Assembly: GCF_964204645.1 (NCBI RefSeq)
Contig: NC_134025.1
Coordinates: forward strand, 12,834,001-12,898,000
Length of the DNA stretch: 64,000 nt
From: Tubulanus polymorphus
Lineage: Eukaryota > Animalia > Nemertea
Reading direction: 5' to 3'
The first letter of the stretch is position 1; every line of letters starts with the position of its first letter. A program made the translations under genes and the position numbers. Shown here piece after piece: positions 24,650 through 36,400 of this stretch. Under the pieces are notes generated by a model. The model was not told the origin of the DNA. It saw only the letters and a list, made by a program, of their open reading frames with translations, and did not search any database.

Positions 24650-25480
24650 CTACAGGAGGGATCTATATACATCTAAACCATCTTTTATAGATTGTGCTAA
24701 TTGAAAATTTGGAGTTTTTAATATATCAAAGTTTCCAAATGTTTCTAAATTCGGAATGGTATTGCGAAGTTCGGTAAGAATCTTACAATCAAAGAGAAAA
24801 TGTAATTCATCCCCAAAAACATTGCAGATTGGGCACATTCTTTCGTTTCTAGGTATATGGAGATTAGAAAATCTATGTACAGGTAATAGATGGGATCCTA
24901 TTCTAAACTGAAAAAAACTAAAAACACAATTATCACCTAGTTGGTTAATATAATTCTCAAACTTAATATCGTTTTTGTATTCCCTGAAATTAATATATAA
25001 CGGATTATTATTGATTTTGAAAATAGTCTCTTGTGCATACTGGTCACGTAGAATTTGTCTTACATATTTTGAGAACGCCCTAGAACTTTGCATATATTGT
25101 TGCATCCATACATAGGACAGACCGCAGTCATCAAAGGTTTGTTTAATACTGAAAAGCCAAGGACTAGTATGTTTGTCATTTAGATACAGATTACAGGAAA
25201 TTCGATAGAGTATTGCATTAAGCTTAGATTGTTTGCCAGATACAGTTTTACACCAAAAATTAATCATTCTACGCTTTACTTCCATGAACAAAGGATAACG
25301 CCCTAACTCTGCTAACACCGGTAAATTATGAGAATACTTTGTTACCTTCATTAAAATCTTGCAAAAAAGACAATGAATATTTTCTAATAAGTCTAAATTT
25401 TCGTATCCCCATACCTCGCAACCATACATGGCAACAGGGGCAACGCACATATCGAATAATTTAAACATTACGTCGATTGG
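24650..25480 (-). pseudogene. LINE ORF2 C-terminal part
   Basis: KLFD..VAP...YGCEVWG, H..FCK, AELGRYPL, FRIGSH.LP, CPIC...GDELHFLFDC: pattern typical of RTEX-like ORF2. Confidence 0.85.
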
Positions 25481-25495
25481 GAGTTAAGTGTCAAC

Positions 25496-25708
25496 ATGTT
25501 CGCCCACGGGCTATCTGTCTGTGCAAATCGTTGCATTTTGCCCAGAGACATGGAAGGTGAAATGTGCAGTCATTTGTGTCATGTCCCGCTCTGTGTAAAT
25601 CCTCAACATTTATGTATCGAGTCGACCGCTGTTAACAATCAGCGGAAAGCCTGTAAAAGTGAGGGACATTGCGCGGGGCATGGCTCATACCAAAATTGCA
25701 TATTATAG
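25496..25708 (+). pseudogene. His-Me finger (His-Cys box) nuclease, 5' truncated
   Basis: AHGLS...SHLCH..LCVNPQHL..E...VN.QRK.C....C..H....C. Confidence 0.85.
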
Positions 25709-25773
25709 GTGTGTATGTATTCACTGAATATAAAACTATTTTTGTCTCTACCTGTCTCGTTATCAAATATCTT

Positions 25774-27966
25774 CTAATCTAATTCAGCAACATCTGCCAA
25801 TCTCGAATACGTGTGATCTGATTCTGATTTATCATTTCTTGAATATGTGTGATCTGATAAATATTTAGGGCTGCGTTTTTTTTTTCGTATTGCTAGTTTT
25901 TTCGTCACTACTGGGCATGCCTTGGATGTGTTTGGTTGTGGGTCCAGCATTCCTTTACGATATTCGTCTTCAGAATGGTTCCGCTTGTAGTGAAAATGAT
26001 TTCTCCACGAGCGTAGTTTCGATCGAATTGCCATCCTGTCGTGGGTATTTTGATTTTGTCTTGTCCTGTGATACAGACTCTCGCGCTCTATCTGTTTCAG
26101 AGTTTTTCCAGCTCCGCTTGACGGGTGAACGGACGCTCCGACGAACACTAGCTTTTTGGCTGCTGAATTCGCGCCGGCGTTATTTAATCTGTGTATCGTC
26201 GACGCCAGACGGCCAGCTGAATTCCTAGCGTAGTTCACGTTCTTGGGTAGTGAAACGCTGATAGATCGATTCGCAGACTCGCATCTATTCGTATTCGTAT
26301 TAAGTCGTGTGCTGAGTACATTATCCGTACCGAATTTTATTTCGATCACTTTCCTGAGTATTAATTTGTCACTGTCTGTAATGCGTAGCCGATATCGCGA
26401 CAAGCCATACGTTGATAGGTAGTGCGATCGGTACCACCAACAAGTCTTCCTTCCACCTCGTCACAAAACCACATTCTTCCTACAATTCCGGCAGTCTCCG
26501 CTGTAGCACTGAATCATAACGTCAATGATACGTGGTAGTTTTTTTCTAATGATATCAATGTTACCGGCATTTTGGCGGTGCAACTCATTGTATATGCCGT
26601 GGCATCGACTTTTAACATCGAGCGCGAACATCTTCTTTGCTTGTTGTTAATCCGCTCCAGGTGGAAACATATCATCAGAGAAGTTTGCCTTCATACCTGC
26701 GCGGAATTGGCTCTGTCCTAAGTGTACGGTATCCGCCAAGCGTTCAACCGGGTCACCAGTCCCTTGACGTAAACCATCTACGCACTGACTGTCTCCGTCA
26801 CTGGTTGCATATTTTAGGTGAAGACCTGACTCGCTTAGATCACTGCCGATTTGCTGGCCGATAGCTCTCTCACTGAGAGGTTCTTGAGGCGCCCTGTTGC
26901 TTGTACAGTTCGGGTGTCCTCCTGGACACGTGACCTCTTGTCCTTTATTACGTAGGCGTTGACCAGTTGGACAGAGTTTCGTCTGTAGGTAGGCTCCGAT
27001 GATCGCATGCTTGTCGGATTGGTCCTCGCGAGAGATACCGATTGCTTGAGAGGCATTCTGTCCCATCTTCCGTCGCCCGGCGATAGGCCTACTTATACTG
27101 TTGTATCGACAATCGACCTGTACGTTTATTGGTGCGTCTGCGGCGAGTCCCCTCAGTACGTTCACTCGCTTACATTCATCTCGGCGATCGCTCATGTCAC
27201 TCTCGTTCAGCTCTGTGATGGCGTTGCCTACTTTGTTGGCGGTTTTCTGCATACCGCTTCTCGCCGGCGGATGAACGTTCGTCGTTGCCAATAGATACCG
27301 TGCCCGACTGTTGCCTATCGGACAGTCCTGCAGTCCGACCTGGAAGCCAACATTCGGTGCTGCAGCCCTGGGACCTGGTTTCCCCGGTGTCTGTTCAACT
27401 TCATCATACAATTTGTGCAGATTTCCTCTCCAATTGCACGCAACACATTGTACCGACACTTTCCAGCATAATCCCCACTTAATCACGCGATCGGGTTGAA
27501 AATTCGGTTGCCCGCAGAAACTCGAATTCGCATTGTGTTCCGTCAGAGACGCATTGAACATTTCAAATGTCTTTCTCAAGTTTACACATTTTATGTCCGT
27601 TAACGAGAGCTCTGCAGGCGGCGCATCGCAATTTATGTCTTTTTCCTGTGGTTTTGGACGCAATATTTTTGCGTTACCCGCGCAATCACTACTGTCGGGT
27701 ATATAATATGTACCGTCAAATGTCCGCCGAGTAACGATACTATGAGTGTCACTATCCAGCCTCGGCTGCCAGATTGGTATTGATGCTGAATCGATTTGCT
27801 GCTCCTCATCGGCGACGTGATGATTCGGGCTGCTCCTGGTGGTGCTTGGTTTCCTGTAGTAGTAACACCTGTGACCTTTTTTGAACTTATGCCCTCTCCT
27901 ACTCCTTCTCGCTGCTGTAGTTGATCTCCTCTGGTTGTTGTTGATGTTGTCCATATTTTTCTCCAT
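25774..27966 (-). pseudogene. Kolobok-type DDD/E transposase, frameshifted
   Basis: C..C, VDCRYN, KLC, H..C..N, TSDGDS, D.VHL, NTNRCESANR; frames broken at about 26400-26650. Confidence 0.8.
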
Positions 27967-29292
27967 AAGCGTATATAAAATGTAAAAGTATGTGATTTCT
28001 GCTTAGTGAATGAAAAGCTGAATTTTGCAATATTTTGCCTAGCCTGTGGGAGCTTTTGAAATTCAAACTGCCAAGGTATCCATGGTTACGCGACCATGAC
28101 AACTAAAATGTGATGTCATAAAAAGGTTCCATGCTCAATTTAGAAAAATCACATTCATTTGGCTTTTGGAGTTGTAATAATTTATTTTGAGTGATATTTT
28201 GAAATATATCAGTCTCAAATTTTGTCAGAATTTAAGGGGTAGGGAAGAGACATATTTTCATTGAAACCATGGCAACCAATGATGTGGTATCCAAGGGGAA
28301 TTTATATTGTTGTGCCAACTAGAACTGATGACTACCGTGTTTGGTGTATGAAATTCGTCCCGCTCGAAGGCTTGTGTAAATAGTTTAGTGCCCTTGAACT
28401 TTGCCCTCAGCTAGCAAAATCGCCAAATCTAAAGGCTTGAGCCAGTTTAGGGATAAAAATGGTAATTTTTGCAAGAAAATGGAGTAATATTTCTTAAATA
28501 ATGATTATCCATGACCATATAGCTGTATCGATCGAATGTAAATGCAATGCAGTAGCCAGGAAATATTGTAGTTGTTGTAATTGTATTTTGAAATCTATGT
28601 TTCACTTTGATGACGCCGATTTGAAACTGGGATATCATTGCATTTCAGTGCAAACGCGCAATTTTTGCTGACGGGTATTGTTACGTGTGTAATTGTTGGA
28701 GAGCTTTGATATTGCATTGTGTAACTAGGGTGTCCCTATGCTTTCTAAAACCATTTGAAAAATAATGGTACTCTGAACTTCGGTTACTAGGCATGAGACC
28801 ACAATTAGGTCAGTATGCCTCAAGACGCGTAGTGCAGGACCCCAAAAATAGTGCCTAAAATCAACTGCAGGGTTCCCATTTAAGTTGCCATGGTTACACA
28901 AATAGAAGACGTGACGGTAAAATGTTATAGGTATAAAATCTGTAGGTACTGTGAGACAAATTGATAATAAAATCAGGGATTTCCTGGAACTATTTTCAAT
29001 GGAGTGATAGTACTAAACACATTGGGGGACTCCCTGCGAAATTCGGCTCCAATGTACGGGTGTACCTGGTGTTGGGGACCCCTAATCTATAAAAGTTTGA
29101 TTATTTCAAAAGTTAGGTTGGGTATGTGGGGCGAAAACCACGTTAATGCGTAGCTAAGATTCTCGTTTATGAGCCATAAGCTGGATTTCCCCTGAATTTT
29201 CGCGGTTATATGTGAAATTGACCCTTGAATTTGATGTTTTTACTATAGGATATAGAAGACTTTGGAATAGTGGTCTGAGCTCTACTGTCGCT

Positions 29293-30660
29293 GAGTTCAG
29301 CATAGACCAGTATTTCTTAGGGTTACTAATTTCACATTCTCTTAATTCTTTGATAAAGTTTTCTTTCTGTCTTCTTTTAGATTCTCGAATAGTTTTTTTA
29401 TATTTCCTAGACGAGTTCTTTAAAAATTCTAAGTTTGCGGAATTCGGACAGCTCCTATATCTATTTCGCCTATAATTATACTCTTTTTGCGCTATTCTAC
29501 AATCCCGACTAAACCACCTATTATACGCTTGCTTTTTACGGCTACTGCTTTTCCTATGCTGCATAAGATTACACTCATCGGCACTTTCTAATAATGACGA
29601 TACAAATTTATCAGTAAGTTCATTTATACAGTCAGCTGTTTGCGTATCTGCATTCTGAAGCCCGTTCAACAGTAAATCGTTCAGGTTAGCGTTACACAAT
29701 TTTGATTCAACGGTAGCAAAGAATTGATCTGGTTTTTCTTTGTCCCATCTCACTGACGGGATCTCTTCCGTCCGCCCATTATTTTCGTTATCAACAACAG
29801 TGTCCCTAATGCCCACATACAAACAGAGCGAGATAGCATTGTGTCCATCAAATAATAAAGGATCGAAAGGCATTATTTCAAATTTAGAAAAATAATTAAA
29901 CAACTCAACATCACTCAAACAATAATCGATAACACTAGTGCCCTTAAAGGTATAATTACCAGACTGGTCACTGCCACACCTGCCATTAAGAATGATTAGT
30001 GAATGATTGTTACACAAGTCAGTTAATTGATATCCGGTATTATTGGTTCTTTTGTCTTGGTTGTTTCTAGTAGTGGGGACACCTAGATTAGATGACAGCT
30101 GCGAGTCAACAATAGAGTGTAAATTATGTTCGTCTATGATATGAATATCAGGTTCTAATAAGTCAGGCAAACAAGAAGTGTGGGCATTAAAATCTCCAGT
30201 AATTAATACATTAATATCGTGTTCGACTCTTAATTGTAATAGTTCTAACTCGATTTCACTAATTGCTCCTTCCGAATAGTAGCGACTATTTTCGGGGGGA
30301 ATATAAATATATATATCACACCTAAAAGTATAAGTTTGTCGTAATTAAATAAAGCCTTATCTAATAGGTACCAAGATACATATTGACTGTCAGTCGAAAT
30401 TGGTCTTATTTTAGATTGTAGAAGTTTCTTGTAAATGATGCCAACGCCACCAGAGCCTTTCTTCGAAAACCGTTTCCTATTTTTAAAATGACCTACATAA
30501 GAAGCGGGCAAACTACTGCTTAGGTCACCATCTACATCATCTAGATGAGTTTCGGTCAAACATACAATATCGTTACTGCAGATAAAATCTGAAAATTCCG
30601 GGATGTCAAGTTTGCTTGTCAAACCACACACATTAAGAGTAGATAAATTCATACCAACAG
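29293..30660 (-). pseudogene. LINE ORF2 N-terminal part (APE endonuclease)
   Basis: TLNVCGL, CLTETH, GGVGI, TGDFNAH, LNGR, SVIDY, DGH; then WFSRDC and KKYWSML just before the junction. Confidence 0.88.
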
Positions 30661-30889
30661 GATCATCAATAATTACATTTTGCTCATCACATGAATTGCA
30701 AGCTTCGCTATCTGACGTAATATTAAATCTTTGGCTATTTACAGGAACACATGAATCTAAACTTTCACTTCCGCTATTTACATCTTGATATATGTGAATC
30801 CTATTAACAAACTCTACAACAAAACACCGCTTTCTCGACTGGAGCACCGCACGATCTACGAACTCTAAGCAGAAGCCCTCCGCGACCTC

Positions 30890-31717
30890 CTAGGCGCTGT
30901 CCATAGCTGAACGATCATACGGATCACGAATAACTAGTTTGTCGCGGACGAAAAACGCACGCTTACCACTGGCTTTCGCAGCCCGCAACTCTGGAAGTTT
31001 CTCGCGCCTGCGGGCTGCCCATTCCTCCGGGACTTGCTCGCTAAGCCCCAACGATGATCCGGCAAGGTTTTTTCGCGGCGGAGCGCACAAATTCGCGATC
31101 TTTGTAATGCTCAAATTTCGCAACGATAGCACGAGGTTTTTTAGCTGTTTCTTTTTGCTGCCCATTCGATGCGATCTCGCGAATTCCATCGAATCGACCT
31201 TCTCCTTCGCCAATTTCAAGTCATTGACGCAAAAGTCCTTGATCAATTTCTCCGTATCCTCGTTATCGCTCTCCTCGATTCCGTAAAATATGAGATTATC
31301 CCTCATACTTCGCCACTGCTGGTCTAGCAAGAGCTCGTGATCCGATCGCACAATCGCTTCTTGATCCGCAACTAACTGTTCTAAGTCCCTTACTTTGTTT
31401 TTAAGCATGACATTCTCCTGTTTCAACTGCCTGACGTCTTCATGGCAATATTCGAGTGATTGCTTAACCTCGCACATATCCTTTTGTAACACGTCAAGTT
31501 TAGTGAGTTGCGCAATAATCGTATCAAGTTTAGTCGATAACTCGTCGTCAGCTCTTCCATCGACACGTGACGATGTTGCCGATGTCGCGGGTTTCTGTTC
31601 GATAATCTGTTTTAATTGCTTTTCGGATATCTGAATACGTTGAGTTGTTTTCCCTATTTTCTGCTGCTTTCTCGGCGGTGATGTACTCAGCCTGCTGTTG
31701 TTCGCCATGGTTGACAC
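30890..31717 (-). CDS. LINE ORF1 (coiled coil + RRM-like)
   Basis: Coiled coil, then SMRDNLIFYGIEE, ARSHRMG, SEQ.P.E...RR..L, AFFVRDKL. Confidence 0.85.
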   Translation of the reverse strand: MSTMANNSRLSTSPPRKQQKIGKTTQRIQISEKQLKQIIEQKPATSATSSRVDGRADDELSTKLDTIIAQLTKLDVLQKDMCEVKQSLEYCHEDVRQLKQENVMLKNKVRDLEQLVADQEAIVRSDHELLLDQQWRSMRDNLIFYGIEESDNEDTEKLIKDFCVNDLKLAKEKVDSMEFARSHRMGSKKKQLKNLVLSLRNLSITKIANLCAPPRKNLAGSSLGLSEQVPEEWAARRREKLPELRAAKASGKRAFFVRDKLVIRDPYDRSAMDSA

Positions 31718-33450
31718 TCGAACAAACGAACACCAGCTGATAGCGCCGCCACTCGCGTGCCACGGACACTACCAGCATGGTCGAAATCAACCGATATTTA
31801 GCCGGTTGAAAATACAAATTTAAGTAAGTGATCCCACCCCCCATCTATACAACATAATATCTTTATACAGTAAACATCTTAAATTAAACAACAGTAAATA
31901 GATTTACATATAACATGTCTAGCCCGCCCCCTCTAAATATTCAATTCAATACAATACAACACAATACATTTTAATAATAACAACAATTGTACAAACGCTA
32001 CACTTTTATATGTTTCCCATCTAGAGCACCAATACAAAATGGGTAGTTCCATTTGTCTTCAAATTCTTGGGCAATGTCTTGCCATTCTTCTTTGGAACTT
32101 GGCATTTGAAAAATATGAAATGTTATAATTTTTTGTTATTTTGTAGCTACAAGAAGATAATGAGGCTGGGTGCAATGAGGCTGATGATGACGATTATGGA
32201 GATATCAGTTCAGAAGACTTGGCATCTCCGTCACCACCTCCCGATGTGGTAGCAAGATGAAACGCATCGGCTAAATGTACTTCAGATACCAATAAAAATG
32301 CACCAAGATCAACCAAGCGGCCACTTAGCGCACCAAGGGTGCCGGCTAGAATCATTAAAAAGAAGAGAGATGAAAAGGATTCATCATTCTCGATGGATAA
32401 GCACATTTTATCGACAAGGAGATAAACACTAATGCCCCTGACAAAAAAAAATGAGATTGATTCTTTTTCTGAATGTGTGGGGAAGTGTTGCGGCGAAAGA
32501 AGAAAATTGATAACAGCGACGTCTTCTTCTTGACTTAATATTGTTTATTTTCACAATTGCTGGATCGTCATATCAGTATCATCATACACACATTTTACAG
32601 CGACTAACAAGTGATGAGTTGAAGATTGATTAAAAGATAAAGTAATTAAACTCAGAAATAACCCCTATAAACCTACACTACAGATACTGCTAACTAAAGT
32701 AAACTGATATAGCTTGCTTACCGAAATATTTCCAGCTCCCGGCAATCTAATACGTTACAGCGAAAAAACGGCGACTAAAAACTGTATACGTGTCAAAAAA
32801 CAAAACCCAACTAAAGACCATCCACCCACACAGGATAAGTGCCACAGTGAACACTAGAAGATACTAAAACCCTAACTAGTACATAACAGGAAGAGTTAAG
32901 AAAAGTTTGATCAAAGAACTCGAAAGTGTTGTAAAGAATAGTATTAAAAATATAATATTCAAAGCTGAAATGGACATGCTATTGTTAATACGCCCCCGTC
33001 ATTAGTTGCACAGAATCAGCCGATGTATTTTCAAGGACCGACAAATAACAGATCTGAAGCGAATGAACGTTGGCCCCTCTTTACCACATTAATTGAATCA
33101 ATGCATCTATATAATAATGGTCATTAGTCAATAGTCAAGATCTCATAACCAGTTACTTTCTGAGTTCAGTATTACATTTAATCATATTGGTCTCATCAAT
33201 TTAGTTACTTTCCGAGCTCAGTATTACATTTTATAATCATGTTGGTCTCATCAGTAGTTATGGGTCAACCGTTTTGAACTTTTTAAAAATCTTTGTTTCA
33301 TTAAATCAAAATCATTTTTAGCCCACTTGGGACTTTAGTCCCAGCGGGCTATTGCGTTCACTTTTCGACCGTCGTCTGTTCGTCCATTCGTCCGTCCGTC
33401 CGTAGACGGAATCCAGTTATTTTGGGAAGTTTTGAAGACGCTTCAAGGTA

Positions 33451-36400
33451 GGGTAACTCCACGTAAGTTCGGAATACATTTATAGAAATGCGATTTTGAT
33501 CGGTGGATTCCGTCAATTATTAGCAGTAATCGGCAATTAAGCTCCTATATGTATTTTTGTTTTTTGCCCAAATTATTGTCAAAATCATTTTTTTTGTGGG
33601 TTTGAATAGATAAACGCACTGATTTTTTAAGTTTTTTATGCCGACGTAATTTCGGAAGCCGCGGTCACGTAAATTCGGAAACCTAACACGTAAGTTCGGA
33701 AATGCTCTGTACGCCGATTTAAACGCAGCTTGTATGCTATTGAAAACGGGCGATACCATGTTGTTTATGGGGGATATGGGTTATACCAATTTGTTAGGGA
33801 TGGTAGCATCACAAACCGCACAAATGGCCGTTGGAGGGAGTTTTTCGTCTAGGTAATTAAGACAAAACATAGATCGCATTTTGTTTAATATTTAATATAT
33901 ATTGCCTATTAGATGGCTTATAACATAAAAAATTCGAATTTCCATGCGCGTTTCAGAAAAATCACGAGCCGGTTTTCATTTTCGATATTCCCTCGGCTTT
34001 ACGCTACCCACCGTCCCCAATGCGACGAATAGATGTGCCCAGAAGTCAAACCCGGAAATGATTTGGAAGATTGCCAGATTACGGTGTTTCCACGTGGATT
34101 TTGATGGATTAGATAGATGATGTACCGTTATCTTTCACACCTAAGCTTTAGATACCAAAACTGTATCTTAACTGTCATACAAACTACATGGTTGTCACGT
34201 TGGAAATCAAACGGTGGCCTAGACTGTAAGTGACGGGAGATGACTGCTTAATCATGCAAACACGAAGAATGTTTGGCTTGGGAAATTGATCCTAAAATTC
34301 ATCACACCTGAAAGGAGGACCGTTAGATAAGAAGGTAATAAAATGGAAAACTGAGAATGTATGTAGGTCTATTAAAGGCAAAACACTAACAACAGCACAT
34401 TTTTATTGCACAACTAAATAGGCCTACTGGTGCCGGTAGGCTAATAAATATTATAAAACATCTTACGACTGTAGAATAAAGAGATAATACATAATCGTAG
34501 CCAATAACAGAAATAACTTTAATGATTTAAATAATTTTTTCTTAACAACAAATACGTGCATATATTATCAACAGTAGGCCTACAGTAAAACATTTATGTA
34601 CATATGCAAGCAAATAAATCGCAACTTTTCACAAATTCGGCAGCCCGGAAAACCATCTGAATCCTTGTGTTCACTACTTCTGGTGGTTCCAAGCTGTTTA
34701 CAATATTTTCAACCGGATGATCTTCTATGAGCTCCACGTCCGGCCAAACGAACAGATTTTTATTGCAATATTGTTCCAAAAATTGCACCGACATTGTTTC
34801 TCCGTCATTCGATATTTCCAGAATCTGCAAATAGTTGAATATATAACTATCCGTACATGAATTCTATTTCTCCTTTTTTTCAGTTAAAATTTAGCCGATG
34901 AAACATACCACTCCGAAGTAAAGGTGCTTTCTGCCTTTCTGGCCCTCTTGGTATAGGGCTACATATGAACCTTCACTACAATGATAATTACCCAGTAATG
35001 ATAGATTATTCATCACTATTAACCAGGTAGGCCTATTACATGTTTTTAAGCTAAGCATGTAGTAATTTACCTTATATTGATCTCGTGAATCAAGTTCACG
35101 CCACTTGTTTCAGGCACACTCACAGGATCCTGAAATTCAGATACACATTGTAGCCCTTCTCAATTTTAAATTCCAAAAAACCTTATTTCATTAAATGTTT
35201 AATTTTCATAGGCCTACCTCAACTACACGATTTTCGTTTTTTTTTTCCTCGACAGGAGACTCCACTGGTCTTGAGGACGCCTGAAATATTTATAGACTAA
35301 GTACCTAGCAGGTCAAGAATCATCACCATGTACCGGGAAATGAATGAACTCACAACTCGACCGGAGGTTGTCCCTGAAACTTACACTTGTTGCACATTTC
35401 TTATTTCTCTCTTGTCGTTCTAATTTCTTGTTTTCTTTCTCTTCTTTTTTCCGATTTTTCTCGAGAGCTTTCGCATAGGCATCATCTGCTGTGAGGATGA
35501 AATATCGTTTCGAATCTTCTGTGCGATTTTTCGAGCGACGACTTTCCACAATCGGATATTTTAAAACATCCTTGTCCGAGTCAGCTTGAAAATGAGATTA
35601 GAAAGGTAATTTCACGTTCTAACAATTAGTTGAATCAAACAGACCCATTTCATTTGAGTCTCACCTGGCGATGATGAATTGTTGAAAATGTTGGAATGAA
35701 TGTTAATTTCGTTTGATTTCAGGGATTTCCATGCCTCATACAGGGAATCTCCCGCGACATCATATCCCTCATTGTATTGACGTTCAAATTGTATTTTCAT
35801 TTCAGGTGAGATAACCGACTCCAACGTCTGTAGCGCAGTACTATAAGAACGAGAATTGTTCACCGGTAGAGCCTGAAAAAAATATCAAACAGTATAAGTA
35901 TCTTTCACTAATTTTCAAAAGTTAAAATAAAATATTTTGAATTGAATTCATTTCAGTTTCTTGCAAATTTATTCAGGTTTATTCAGGTTTTTAAAAGGAT
36001 ATCTTGCATGTAGCAGCTCTCCAAGGACAGAAAAATGCTGAAACACAGAAGTAATTCTAAAAGTTTGTTAAAGCAATCATAACGCTATCGTCAACTGTTA
36101 TTAGTGTAACTATGGAACAAAATTCATCAAGAAAAACGTAAATTTTTCAAATTCTATTGCAAAATTGCATAATTGTAATATGTTACCTCGCTTGGTGGAT
36201 TTTGATTCAATTCAAATGATTGTATTGGCAATAATGAAGCAGGATCTGATATCTGAATATAAATAAATGCTAGTCACTTATATATGAGGACATTTTAGCC
36301 GATACAATACATATATGAATGTATAACTCACTATATCGCGAACAGTTGTTGTAGACGGTAAGTACGCCTCGTTTGGTATGGCATACGGGTTGAAAGGAAA

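Larger units (their letters stand above)
25486..29292 (-). mobile_element. KolobokP-like transposon fragment
   Basis: A Kolobok-type transposase convergent with a His-Me finger nuclease is the KolobokP gene pair. One probable AG terminus (AGCGACAGTAG on minus at 29292); the other end is lost. Confidence 0.75.
24494..31790 (-). mobile_element. RTEX-like non-LTR retrotransposon, RT core deleted
   Basis: ORF1, APE endonuclease and RT C-terminus in order; AATAAA plus (TTATC)n tail at 24494-24520. 5' boundary approximate; no TSD found. Confidence 0.8.
11586..32002 (-). mobile_element. Gypsy-type non-autonomous LTR element with short internal region; 5' LTR carries nested insertions
   Basis: On minus: LTR edge CGCTACA at 12201, tRNA-Leu-type PBS TGGTGTCAGAAGTGGG (12198-12183), about 600 bp internal, PPT GGAGGGGGGTAG (11607-11596), 3' LTR start TGTAGCGTTT (11595). 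The same TGTAGCGTTT recurs at 32002, but that outer boundary rests on a 10-bp match only. Confidence 0.65.

Noticed and set aside
25496-25708. Group I intron homing endonuclease
   Set aside because: No rRNA or intron context; its position convergent with a Kolobok transposase fits KolobokP.
28325-28355. Hammerhead ribozyme core (CTGATGA...GAAA)
   Set aside because: Stem II lacks the closing G-C pair and I cannot form stems I and III.
33151-33255. Hammerhead-like CTGATGAG on minus
   Set aside because: It is a two-unit ~53-bp tandem duplication with no complementary stem before GAAA.
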